The notes under the pieces: generated by a model
Database searches by the model: none
What the model saw: only the letters and a program-made list of their open reading frames with translations
What the model was told of the DNA's origin: nothing
Shown: positions 31,414 to 40,944 of the stretch, piece after piece
Layout of the letters: every line of letters begins with the position of its first letter
Position numbering within the stretch: the first letter of the stretch is position 1
Made by a program: the position numbers and the translations under genes
Assembly: GCA_050247355.1 (NCBI GenBank)
Contig: JBFWUK010000011.1
Location: 68,847-132,846 of the forward strand
Direction of reading: 5' to 3'
DNA length: 64,000 nucleotides
From: Vicinamibacterales bacterium
GTDB taxonomy: Bacteria; Acidobacteriota; Vicinamibacteria; Vicinamibacterales; UBA2999

Positions 31414-32268
31414 ATGAATTTCCTGCGTCTTGCCACCGTCCTCGTTGCCGCCCTGGTCTTCGCCGTACCCGCTCATGCCCAGGAGGCGGCGCCGGCTGAC
31501 GCCACGCGCCCCGAGGCACAAGCGGCCGAGACGACGCCCGGCGCCGGATCGGAAGCCGCGCCACAACTGCCCCGTCCCGGCCTGCCACTGCCGACCGGCA
31601 TTGTCCCGGGCATCGAAAGCGGCTCGGGCAACCTGTTCAAGCTGGTCGGCAACGATTTCAAGAACTTCTTCAGCAGCGACACCGCTCGGGTCCTGGGCAT
31701 CGTCTCGGTCGGCGCCGTCATCGCCGCGCCGTGGGACCGCGAGGGCGTGAACAACGGTTTCAACATTCCGACGACGCTGTTCGAGTCGGGCAACATCATG
31801 GGCCAGGTCCTCTTCCAGGTCGGAGCCGGGTTCGCCACCAACGCCGTCGGCCGCGCCACCGCCAACGACAAGCTCAAGAGGGTCGGCCGCGACATGGTGC
31901 GCGCGCAGCTGCTGTCGCAAGCGCTCGTCCAGACGGTCAAGGCCACGGTTCGCCGCGAGCGGCCGGATGGCAGCAACAAGGGAGCGTTCCCGTCGGGCCA
32001 TTCCGCCAGCGCGTTTGCCACGGCCGGCGTGCTGCATCGCCACTACGGCTGGAAGGTTGGCGTGCCGGCCTACGCGTTCGGTTCGTACGTGGCCCTGGCC
32101 CGCATGGCCTGGAATCGTCATCACGCCACCGACGTGGTGATGGGCATGGGTGTCGGCCTCGCGTCGGCGCGCACCGTCACCATGGGCCTCGGCGGCGCCA
32201 AGTTCAACGTCGGCGTCCAGCCCCAGGCGGGCGGCGCCTCCGTCAACTTCACCAAGATCTACAAGTAG
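31414..32268 (+). CDS. PAP2 superfamily phosphatase, exported
   Basis: KATVRRERP, FPSGH, ARMAWNRHHATDV; signal peptide. Confidence 0.9.
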   Translation: MNFLRLATVLVAALVFAVPAHAQEAAPADATRPEAQAAETTPGAGSEAAPQLPRPGLPLPTGIVPGIESGSGNLFKLVGNDFKNFFSSDTARVLGIVSVGAVIAAPWDREGVNNGFNIPTTLFESGNIMGQVLFQVGAGFATNAVGRATANDKLKRVGRDMVRAQLLSQALVQTVKATVRRERPDGSNKGAFPSGHSASAFATAGVLHRHYGWKVGVPAYAFGSYVALARMAWNRHHATDVVMGMGVGLASARTVTMGLGGAKFNVGVQPQAGGASVNFTKIYK

Positions 32269-32292
32269 GCGGTCGCCCACCGGGCGCCGGAC

Positions 32293-34758
32293 CTAGCGCA
32301 CGGTAACCGGCGGCCGGCGGTGCCGCGTCGCGCGCTCGTACGCCGCGGCCAGTTCCAGCAGGCGCTTGTCGTCCCACATCCGGCCGAGCAGCGAAATGCC
32401 CACCGGATGGCGGCCGCCGATGAAGCCGGCCGGTACGGTGACCTGCGGCAGCCCGGTGGCCGCGCTCTCCTCGCAGGTTCCCGGCTCCGAACCGTAGCGC
32501 TCGAGTCCGCCTTCGTGGGTGTGTGGGCGCGCGTGATTGGCCGGATACAGAATGGCGTCGAGCTTCTGCTGGTCCATCAGCGTCACGAAAATCTGCCTGA
32601 ACGTTTCCCGTCCCGAATAGAAGCGGCGCGTCGCCTCGTCCAGCGCCGTGCCGGTGGCCACCGGCGCGAGAGCGCCCTCGAACCGCCGGGCGCTGACCGG
32701 CGCCAGCTTCCCTGACGCGAGCAGGTCTTGAATCGTCGTCACCTTGTCTCCCGGCCTGGCGCCGCGCGACAGGTACGCCGTCCATCCGTCGCGTAACGAC
32801 CCGGGTGCGGCACCGCGAGCGGCGGCGTACTTCGCGTCGTAGTCGGGTATTGCAATGTCGACCACGATGGCGCCGGCGGCCTGCAGCTCCGTGATGACGC
32901 GATCCATGTTGGCCGCCACCTCGCGCTCGCCCGTAAAGCCGACGAAGCGCTGGCGCAATGCGCCGATGCGCTTGCCTTTGAGCGAGGCGGCATCCAGCCC
33001 GGCCGCGAACGAACCGGAAATGTGGGATGCCGCCTGGGCCGTAACGGGATCCTCGGGATCGGGCCCGGTCACCAGGTCGAGCGCCAGCGCCACGTCTCGC
33101 ACCGACCTCGCCATCGGCGCGACCGTGTCGTTGAAGGTGTTGAGCGGCATCACGCCGGCCCGGCTGACCAGGCCCCGGGTGGGCCGAATGGTCGCCAGCG
33201 CCGCGAACGACGCCGGGTTCGACAGCGAATTGCAGGTATCGGTGCCAAACGCCAGCGCGGCCAGGCTGGCGGCCGCGGCGGTGGCGCTGCCGCCGCTCGA
33301 GCCGGCGGTGCTGAGCGAGGGATCGTAGGCGTTCCCCACGGTGCCGCCGACCGTGCTGATGCCGAAGTCGCCGAAGGGAAACTCGTCGAGGTTGGCCTTC
33401 CCGAGCACGACGGCGCCGCCCCGCTTCATGCCCGCGGCGGTGCGGGAGTCGCGCCGGGGGCGGTGGTCGACCAGCGCCAGCGAGCCGCCGGTCGTGGGCA
33501 GCTCGACGGCATCGATGTTGTCCTTGTACACGACCGGCACGCCGTGGAACGGACTGCGGACCTGGCCGCCGGCGCGCTCGGCATCGCGCGCGCGGGCATC
33601 GGCCACCGCCCGTGGGTTGATCGACAGCACCGCGCGGAAGGTCGGCCCGTGGCGATCGTAACGCGACAGCCGCGCCAGGTACTCGTTGGTGATGTCCTCC
33701 GCCGTAATCACGCCTCGGGTCATCGCGTCTTGCAGCTCGCTGACGCTCTTCTCGAACACCGTGAACGGCGGCGACGGTGGACCGGCCGGCCAGTTGACGA
33801 TCTGCGATCGCTGCAAGGGCGTGAGGGCGCGGAAGTCAGGGGCCGAAACGAGTTGCTTGGCCACCGCCGTCACGCGCGCAATCTCGGAGCCGGCAGCGGG
33901 GATCCTGGCGTCGGCGCCGCGGTAAACGGCTTCGCCGGTGGCCAGCGCGTCCTTGAGCGGAATGGGATAGCCGCCCCGCGGATCGTAGACCTCACTGAGG
34001 CCCTTCACGACGAAGGTGACGAGCGCGGCGGTCTGCCCCGGCCGCAGGCGCAGCGTGAAGACGTAGCCAATGTGCGAGGTGTCGAACCCCGGCCAGCCGC
34101 CATCGAAGGGATCGCCGTACATGTCGCCGACCGACGTCAACGCGCCGCGGCGGGTCCCCAGCACGTGGGCCGAAGGCCCGTGCCCGGACGGTCCGTCGGC
34201 GGGGTTGGCCGCGCCGGTCGCGTTCTGCATCACGGTGACGTAGCTGTCGGCCGTGTCGATCTGTCGATCGCCGCTCGAGGTGGCGGCCACTGTGACTCGG
34301 CCACCGTCATCCACCGCGCCGACGGCGCCGCCCCAGGCGACGCGGACCGTGCGATCTTCGGCGGTGGTGTTCGTGAAGCTGTCGAAATAGCGCAGGTACG
34401 GCGTGTCCTTCGAGGTCGTGATGCCGCGCGCCGCCAGGATGCCTTCGTGCAGGACCGGCGTGGTCGCATCGAACCGGCCGGCGCCGTCGTGGTGCAGGCC
34501 GAAGCCCCGCAGGTACTGGTTGGTAACCAGGAGGGAATTGTCGGCGCGGCGGACCTGGAGCTTGAGATAGCCGAAGCCGTTGAACGGGTTGGCGCGGCCG
34601 CCGGTGGCAATGCCGCCGCTGTCCTGCGACCACGGCGAGGTGTCCTGGATGTCCCAGAACTGGCCGTCGCTCGAGGGCACGCGGGTGACCGCGCCGACGC
34701 TCATCACGCCGAGCGTGGCACTCGTCACGGCAATCGCCAGGGCCTTGAGAATTCGCAT
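32293..34758 (-). CDS. Amidase-signature protein with a large N-terminal extra domain
   Basis: HGVPVVYKDN, GKANLDEF, AGSSGGS, GTDTCNS; signal peptide MRILKAL. Confidence 0.85.
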   Translation of the reverse strand: MRILKALAIAVTSATLGVMSVGAVTRVPSSDGQFWDIQDTSPWSQDSGGIATGGRANPFNGFGYLKLQVRRADNSLLVTNQYLRGFGLHHDGAGRFDATTPVLHEGILAARGITTSKDTPYLRYFDSFTNTTAEDRTVRVAWGGAVGAVDDGGRVTVAATSSGDRQIDTADSYVTVMQNATGAANPADGPSGHGPSAHVLGTRRGALTSVGDMYGDPFDGGWPGFDTSHIGYVFTLRLRPGQTAALVTFVVKGLSEVYDPRGGYPIPLKDALATGEAVYRGADARIPAAGSEIARVTAVAKQLVSAPDFRALTPLQRSQIVNWPAGPPSPPFTVFEKSVSELQDAMTRGVITAEDITNEYLARLSRYDRHGPTFRAVLSINPRAVADARARDAERAGGQVRSPFHGVPVVYKDNIDAVELPTTGGSLALVDHRPRRDSRTAAGMKRGGAVVLGKANLDEFPFGDFGISTVGGTVGNAYDPSLSTAGSSGGSATAAAASLAALAFGTDTCNSLSNPASFAALATIRPTRGLVSRAGVMPLNTFNDTVAPMARSVRDVALALDLVTGPDPEDPVTAQAASHISGSFAAGLDAASLKGKRIGALRQRFVGFTGEREVAANMDRVITELQAAGAIVVDIAIPDYDAKYAAARGAAPGSLRDGWTAYLSRGARPGDKVTTIQDLLASGKLAPVSARRFEGALAPVATGTALDEATRRFYSGRETFRQIFVTLMDQQKLDAILYPANHARPHTHEGGLERYGSEPGTCEESAATGLPQVTVPAGFIGGRHPVGISLLGRMWDDKRLLELAAAYERATRHRRPPVTVR

Positions 34759-34826
34759 GGCGCGAATTGTATAGCGGACCGCTGGTTCGAATTGTGCGCG
34801 CGGGGTCAGCCCCCTATACTTCCGCC

Positions 34827-37800
34827 ATGCGCACCAGAACCCTGTCTGCTTCCCTACTCGCCGTGTGCCTGATCGCGTTCGCGACGGTGCGCGGCCAGGA
34901 TCGCCAGGCCGGCGACACGGCAAAGCCCGCGGAGGGCTTCACGCTCAAGACGGCCGAGACCATCGAGTTCACCACCGACGAAGTCACGTGGATGCAGGTG
35001 GATGTGTCGCCCGACGGCCGCACCATCCTGTTCGACCTGCTGGGCGACCTCTACACCATGCCCGTCACCGGCGGCGAAGCCACGCGCATCATGGGCGGGC
35101 TGTCGTTCGAGAGCCAGCCGACCTGGTCGCCTGATGGCCGCACCATCGCCTTCCTGACCGACCGCTCCGGCGTCGAAAACCTCTGGATTGCCGACGCCGA
35201 CGGCGGCAATCCCCGCGCCGTCAGCAAGGACGGCAAGACCAACGACCGGCCGCAGATCATGGTCACGCCGGAGTGGACCCCCGACGGCCAGTACATCGTC
35301 GTCTCGAAGTCGCGGCCGCCAGACCCGGGCACGTTCGGCCTGTTCATGTATCACCGCGACGGCGGTACCGGCGTGCGCATTGGGCCGGCCCCGCCGCAGG
35401 CGCCGGGGCCCGACGCGCAGGGTCCACCTCCGGCGCCGCCCACCAACAGGATGGGCGCCACCGTGACGCCCGACGGCCGCTTCATCTACTACACGCAGCG
35501 CACCGGCACGTTCACCTACAACGCGCGCTTCCCGCTGTGGCAGGTCTACCGCCACGATCGCGAGACCGGCGACGTGACGCAGGTGACCAATGCCCAGGGC
35601 AGCGCCATCCGCCCGGTCATCTCGCCCGACGGCAAGTCGATGGTGTTCGGCACGCGCCACAAGTCGCAGACCGGCCTTCGCGTGAGGAACCTCGACACCG
35701 GCGCGGAACGCTGGCTCGCCTACCCGGTGACGCGCGACGACCAGGAATCGCGCGCCAGCCGCGACACGCTGCCCCGCTACGACTTCATGCCCGACGGCAA
35801 GTCGCTGATCGTGCCCGTCGCCGGCAAGCTGCAGCGCATTGACTTCGAGACCGGCGCCGCCACGCCGATCCCCTTCAGCGCGAAGGTGCAGGCCGAGATC
35901 GCACCGCGCGTGTACACACCCGTCCGAATCGAAGACGGCGACACGGTGCGCGCCCGCCTCATCCGCTGGCCGTCGCTGTCGCCCGATGGCTCGAAGCTGG
36001 TATTCAGCGCCATGAACCGCCTCTACATCAAAGACATGCCGGGCGGCGCTCCGCGCCTGCTCACAAATGGGGCTGGTCAGGCGGGTGGGGCGGGTGGGGC
36101 GGGTGAGGGTGAATTCATGCCGTCGTGGTCGCCCGACGGCCGCGCCATCATCTACACGACGTGGACGACGAGCGGCGGGCACATCAAGCGCGTCGCCACG
36201 ACCGGCGGCCAGCCGACCACGCTGACGCAAAGCGAAGGCTATTACCTCGACCCCACCTACACGCCAGACGGCACGCGCGTCGCATTCCTGTCGGGCGCGG
36301 CCTCCGACCAGCTGTACTCCATCCTGATGGACACGCCGCCCGAGAACGAACACGCCGGCGACGAGCAGGCGCCGCGTGAGATCACCGGCGTCAACGCACC
36401 GAACACGCTGGAGATCCGGTGGATACCGGCCGCCGGCGGCGCCTCGACGCTGGTGGCCTCGGCCCAAGGCGGCCGCGGGCCGCAGTTCTCGCGCAACGAC
36501 TCGTCGCGCGTGTATCTGACCTCCAACCGCGGCCTGCAGTCGATCACAATGGATGGGTTCGATCGCCGCACCCACCTGCGCATCACCGGCGTCGGTCCCG
36601 GCAACAATCCGCCGTCGGCCAGCGACATCCGGTTGTCGCCCGACGGCACGCGCGCGTTCGTCAACCTGCAGGAGAAGCACTACCTCGTGACCGTGCCGCG
36701 CGCGGGGCGCGAGACGGTGGAGGTGCGCATTCAGGGCCGCGCCGAGAACACCTCGGTGCCGGTGAAGCGCATGTCGCGCGAAGGCGGCGACTATCTCGAG
36801 TGGACCCACGACGGATCGGCGGTGACCTGGGCCTGGGGAGCGCAGTTCTTCCGGCAACCGGTGGCCGCCGACGAACCGCAGGCGACCGACATCGTCGTCG
36901 AGATGCCGCGGTCGAAGCCGAAGGGCTCGGTCCTGTTGACCGGCGCCCGTATCATCACCATGAAGGGCGACGAGGTCATCGACCGCGGCGACATCCTGGT
37001 CACCAACAACCGCGTGGCCGCCGTCGGCCGCCGCGGCTCGCTCACAGTGCCGGCCGGCACCCGGACGATCAACGTCGCCGGCAAAACGATCATGCCCGGC
37101 ATTGTCGATGCGCACTCGCACATGTGGGCGCCGCGCGGGCTGCACCAGACCGAGGTGTGGCAGTACCTCGCCAACCTCGCCTACGGCGTGACCACCACGC
37201 GCGACCCGCAGACGTCGACGCCGGACGTGTTTGCCTACGCCGACATGGTCGACAGCGGCATGATGCCGGGCCCGCGGGTCTTTGCCACCGGCCCCGGCCT
37301 GTTCTCGGGCTCAGGCATCGAGGATCGCGACGCCGCCTTCCGCTTCGTCAAGCGCTACAAGGAGGCGTATCGCACCAACACCATCAAGCAGTACGTCGCC
37401 GGCGACCGCATTGTCCGGCAGTGGATCATCGAGGCGTGCAAGGAGTACGGCATCACGGCGACGATCGAAGGGTCGCTCGACCTCAAGCTGAACCTGACGC
37501 AGATGGCCGACGGCTACTCGGGCCAGGAGCACAGCCTGCCGATCGCGCCGCTCTACAAGGACGTGACGACGTTCGTGGCGAAGACCAAGACGTTCTACAC
37601 GCCGACCATCCTGGTGGCGTACGGCGCGCCGTGGTCCGAGAACTACTGGTTCGAAAACGAGAACCCGGCCCAGGACGCGAAGCTGCGCAAGTGGATCCCT
37701 TGGGAGTTGCTCGACGGCATGGTCCGCCGCCGCCCGCAGTGGTTCCTGCCGGAAGAGTACGGCCACACGCTGATCGCCAAGGGCGTCGCCGACATCGTCC

Positions 37801-38156
37801 GCGCCGGCGGCAAGGCCGGCCTCGGCAGCCACGGCCAGTTGCAGGGCCTGGGCGCGCACTGGGAAACCTGGAACCTGGCATCGGGCGGCCTGACGCCGCT
37901 CGAGACGCTGCGCATCATCACCTTGTCGAGTGCGGAAGCGATTGCCCTGCACCAGGATGTCGGTTCGCTGGAGACCGGAAAGCTGGCGGACCTGCTGGTG
38001 CTCGATCGCAACCCGCTGGAGAACATCAAGAACACGAACTCAATCCGTTACGTGATGAAGAACGGCGAGCTCTACGAAGCGGACACGCTGAACGCGATCT
38101 GGCCGGAGGCGAAGGCCCTGCCGAAACAATTCTGGTGGGACACAGAGCCGAAATAA
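34827..38156 (+). CDS. PD40/TolB beta-propeller plus amidohydrolase
   Basis: Multiple SPDG repeats; GKTIMPGIVDAHSH, GSHGQLQGLG.HWE, GSLETGKLADL. Confidence 0.9.
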   Translation: MRTRTLSASLLAVCLIAFATVRGQDRQAGDTAKPAEGFTLKTAETIEFTTDEVTWMQVDVSPDGRTILFDLLGDLYTMPVTGGEATRIMGGLSFESQPTWSPDGRTIAFLTDRSGVENLWIADADGGNPRAVSKDGKTNDRPQIMVTPEWTPDGQYIVVSKSRPPDPGTFGLFMYHRDGGTGVRIGPAPPQAPGPDAQGPPPAPPTNRMGATVTPDGRFIYYTQRTGTFTYNARFPLWQVYRHDRETGDVTQVTNAQGSAIRPVISPDGKSMVFGTRHKSQTGLRVRNLDTGAERWLAYPVTRDDQESRASRDTLPRYDFMPDGKSLIVPVAGKLQRIDFETGAATPIPFSAKVQAEIAPRVYTPVRIEDGDTVRARLIRWPSLSPDGSKLVFSAMNRLYIKDMPGGAPRLLTNGAGQAGGAGGAGEGEFMPSWSPDGRAIIYTTWTTSGGHIKRVATTGGQPTTLTQSEGYYLDPTYTPDGTRVAFLSGAASDQLYSILMDTPPENEHAGDEQAPREITGVNAPNTLEIRWIPAAGGASTLVASAQGGRGPQFSRNDSSRVYLTSNRGLQSITMDGFDRRTHLRITGVGPGNNPPSASDIRLSPDGTRAFVNLQEKHYLVTVPRAGRETVEVRIQGRAENTSVPVKRMSREGGDYLEWTHDGSAVTWAWGAQFFRQPVAADEPQATDIVVEMPRSKPKGSVLLTGARIITMKGDEVIDRGDILVTNNRVAAVGRRGSLTVPAGTRTINVAGKTIMPGIVDAHSHMWAPRGLHQTEVWQYLANLAYGVTTTRDPQTSTPDVFAYADMVDSGMMPGPRVFATGPGLFSGSGIEDRDAAFRFVKRYKEAYRTNTIKQYVAGDRIVRQWIIEACKEYGITATIEGSLDLKLNLTQMADGYSGQEHSLPIAPLYKDVTTFVAKTKTFYTPTILVAYGAPWSENYWFENENPAQDAKLRKWIPWELLDGMVRRRPQWFLPEEYGHTLIAKGVADIVRAGGKAGLGSHGQLQGLGAHWETWNLASGGLTPLETLRIITLSSAEAIALHQDVGSLETGKLADLLVLDRNPLENIKNTNSIRYVMKNGELYEADTLNAIWPEAKALPKQFWWDTEPK

Positions 38157-38166
38157 CGAGAGAACA

Positions 38167-38290
38167 GCCGGGGACGCGTTCCTTGACGGGGCGTCACTCT
38201 CTGACGGGGGCGCCCTTGACGGGACCGGTCCCGTCAGTTCGTTTCTCCCCGTCAGGCGGTGTCACCCCGACGAGAGATACCGCCCCGGCT
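38167..38290. repeat. Palindromic TGACGGG element with roughly 18-bp period between convergent genes
   Basis: TGACGGG at 38184, 38202 and 38217; inverted CCCGTCA-like cores at 38230, 38248, 38266 and 38284. Confidence 0.8.
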
Positions 38291-39163
38291 TTACAAGCTC
38301 CGTCTCACCGACGATGGGGTGCGGCCGAAGGTGCGGCGGAAGGTTTCGGTGAAGTGGCTGTGGCTCGAGAAGCCAAGGTCGAGGGCGATGCCGGTCAGGT
38401 CGGCATCGCGCTCGCCGAGCCGGGCGAGCGCCGCGCGCAGCCTGAGCTGGTTGCGATAGGCGTGGAGTGAGAAACCTGTCCGCGCGTGAAACAGGCGCGA
38501 CAGGTGGAACACCGACGCGCCGACCTCGCGGCCGATATCCGACAGTGACAGGTTCTCGCGATAGCGCCGGGCAATCAGGTCGCGGGATGCCTCGACGGCA
38601 TCGACGTCGCTCTTGAGGCGGCGGGGCCGCGGCGCTGCCTTCCCCTGCCGTTGGTAGGCCAGCTTGGTGACGGTGCCCAGCACCGACAGCACCGCCTCTT
38701 CCACGAACAACCGGTCGGGAGCCGACTCGCGGCTGACGTGCTCGAAGACGAGGCGCTGGCGCAAGTAGCTGTCCGGATCACTCGGCCCGTGCGTGAAGGT
38801 GAACGGCCGATCGGGCCGCTCGATGGCCGCCGGTTCGTGCGCCGCCAGGGTGTCAGCAATCGCGTCGGGGGCCACCGCGAACCATTCGCAGTGATCGCCG
38901 GCCTCGCTCAACTGCTGGCGCCGGTAGGGCTGGCCCTTGTTGTAGTACGTCACGGTGTTAGGGTCGGCCACGAACGGCCGGCCGCCGTCGTGTTGAATCC
39001 AGACACTCTTCCGGGGAAACACGAACAACGTGTCCGACACCGGGCCGGAGTCGGCAAACACCGGATGCTCGGCCGGGCAGCGCCAGCGGCCAATCCGCAG
39101 CAACGGCGACGCAAACACCTCGACGTCGAGGTGGTGCCGCGGGCTCTCGGGCGTGATCGTCAC
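38291..39163 (-). CDS. AraC family transcriptional regulator
   Basis: SVFHLSRLF..TG...Y..LRL; IALDLGFSSHSHFTETFRRTFGRTPS. GTGA overlap with the upstream gene. Confidence 0.92.
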   Translation of the reverse strand: MTITPESPRHHLDVEVFASPLLRIGRWRCPAEHPVFADSGPVSDTLFVFPRKSVWIQHDGGRPFVADPNTVTYYNKGQPYRRQQLSEAGDHCEWFAVAPDAIADTLAAHEPAAIERPDRPFTFTHGPSDPDSYLRQRLVFEHVSRESAPDRLFVEEAVLSVLGTVTKLAYQRQGKAAPRPRRLKSDVDAVEASRDLIARRYRENLSLSDIGREVGASVFHLSRLFHARTGFSLHAYRNQLRLRAALARLGERDADLTGIALDLGFSSHSHFTETFRRTFGRTPSSVRRSL

Positions 39164-39741
39164 TTCGCCGGCGCCCGGCGGGTGTAGATCAGGTCGTAGT
39201 TCACGCTCCACGTGCCGTCCATGTTCAGCGCCTCTGAAAACTGGCGCACCTTGTCGGGACCCATCGGAAAGAACGTCAGGCGGACGGTACGTCGTCCGGC
39301 GAAGCGCGAGCCAGGGCCCAGCGGGACTTCACCGGCGAAGACCATGTTGCCGCCGGTCAACGCCCCCCAGTATTCGTGCAGCCCGCCGCCGTTGTCTACC
39401 CACGTCTGGTGCCAGCGCCGGCTGGCGCGGTCGTACAGATTGAAACTCTGACCCGTCTGGCCGGTGGTGGTCCAGTTCTCGATCAGCACGCAGCCGTTGT
39501 GAGCCTTCTCTACGACGTTGCGGGCCGGCTTCGCGCCGGCCGGGGGCGGCGGCGTACCGGGGGGAATGGTGGCCGGATTGGGGACGACGTCCCACGCGCC
39601 AACCCAGAAATCGAACTGGCGATACTCGGGTGCGCTGCAATCGAAGGGCTTCGGCGGCGCGGCGGCGGGCGAAGGTGGCGCCTGCGGCAGTGGCGTCAGC
39701 ATGGGCACGACGGCAAACAGCAAGGCAAAGGGAATCCGCAT
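39160..39741 (-). CDS. Secreted hypothetical protein (DUF1579-like)
   Basis: Signal peptide; CSAPEYRQFDFWVGAWDV, WHQTWVDN, YDLIYTR. Confidence 0.7.
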   Translation of the reverse strand: MRIPFALLFAVVPMLTPLPQAPPSPAAAPPKPFDCSAPEYRQFDFWVGAWDVVPNPATIPPGTPPPPAGAKPARNVVEKAHNGCVLIENWTTTGQTGQSFNLYDRASRRWHQTWVDNGGGLHEYWGALTGGNMVFAGEVPLGPGSRFAGRRTVRLTFFPMGPDKVRQFSEALNMDGTWSVNYDLIYTRRAPAK

Positions 39742-39790
39742 GAACGTTGATACCGCCTCGGCAGAAACCACGGCTACCACGTTCTTGCCG

Positions 39791-39929
39791 ACGCAGATTC
39801 CAGGGCCGCAGACACAGATTCCGGGGCCACAGATGACACAGATTACGCAGAGGTTTCGAGGTTGAACGTGTATTCTGGCCTCATGAAGCGGGCAGTCTTG
39901 AGATCTGCGTTATCTGTGTCATCTGCGGC
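39791..39929. repeat. GCCGCAGATGACACAGAT-family inverted repeat straddling a promoter and start codon
   Basis: Left arm 39826-39851 and right arm 39904-39929 are reverse complements with 2 mismatches. Confidence 0.8.
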
Positions 39930-40944
39930 TCTGATCGTCCTGTCGGCGTCATCCGTCTCCAGCCAGACTCGGCCATCTGGGTTGACGGCCGTTGACGGCA
40001 TCCGCGTCGGACACTTCACCCTCGCCGAGAAGCCGACGGGGTGCACCGTGATCCTGGCCGAGAAGGGCGCCACCGGTGGCGTGTCGGTGCGCGGCGCGGC
40101 ACCTGGCACGCGCGAAACCGATCTGCTGGATCCGTCGAACCTCGTCGAACAGGTTCATGCGGTGGTGCTGTCGGGAGGCAGCGCGTTCGGCCTCGACACC
40201 GCGACCGGCGTGATGCGCTATCTCGAAGAGCGCAAGGTCGGCTTTCCGTTCGGCGGCGCCTACGTGCCAATCGTGCCGGCCGCGGTGATCTTCGACCTGC
40301 CGGTCGCCGGCAAGCCGCTGATTCGCCCCGACGCGACCTGCGGCTACGAGGCGGCCAAGGCGGCCACCACCGGCGTGATCGCGGAAGGCACCATCGGTGC
40401 CGGCGCCGGGGCTACCGTCGGCAAGTTTGCCGGCGGCGGCAAGCCCATGAAGGGCGGCATCGGCACCGCCTCGATCACGCTGCCCAGCGGCTTGACCATT
40501 GCCGCCATCGTCGCCGTCAACGCCGGCGGCGACATCGTCGATCCGGCCACCGGCCGCATTGTCGCCGGCGCGCGCGGTCCCGACGGTCAATCGTTCCTCG
40601 ATGCGCGCGTCGTGATGCGCAGCGGCTCGCTCGAGAAGCCCAGGCCCGGAGAAAATACGACCATCGGTCTCATTGCCACCAACGCGAAGCTCACCAAGGC
40701 GCAGGCGAAGAAGGTGGCCGACATGGCGCACGACGGCTTCGCGCGCGCCATTGTGCCGGCCCACACCATGGGCGACGGCGACACCATCTTCGCCATCGCG
40801 ACCGGCTCGCACGCGGGTGATGCCAACATCTCGCTGATTGGCGGCCTCGCGGCGGAGATGATGGCCGACGCGATTCTGCGCGGCGTGCGCGAAGCCACCG
40901 GCCTGCCGAACATTCCCGCGGTCCGAGACCTGCGCCGGCCGTGA
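39883..40944 (+). CDS. P1/S58 (DmpA-like) peptidase
   Basis: GIRVGH, VRGAAPGTRETDLL, LSGGSAFGL, ENTTIG, PAHTMGDGDTIF. Confidence 0.92.
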   Translation: MKRAVLRSALSVSSAALIVLSASSVSSQTRPSGLTAVDGIRVGHFTLAEKPTGCTVILAEKGATGGVSVRGAAPGTRETDLLDPSNLVEQVHAVVLSGGSAFGLDTATGVMRYLEERKVGFPFGGAYVPIVPAAVIFDLPVAGKPLIRPDATCGYEAAKAATTGVIAEGTIGAGAGATVGKFAGGGKPMKGGIGTASITLPSGLTIAAIVAVNAGGDIVDPATGRIVAGARGPDGQSFLDARVVMRSGSLEKPRPGENTTIGLIATNAKLTKAQAKKVADMAHDGFARAIVPAHTMGDGDTIFAIATGSHAGDANISLIGGLAAEMMADAILRGVREATGLPNIPAVRDLRRP

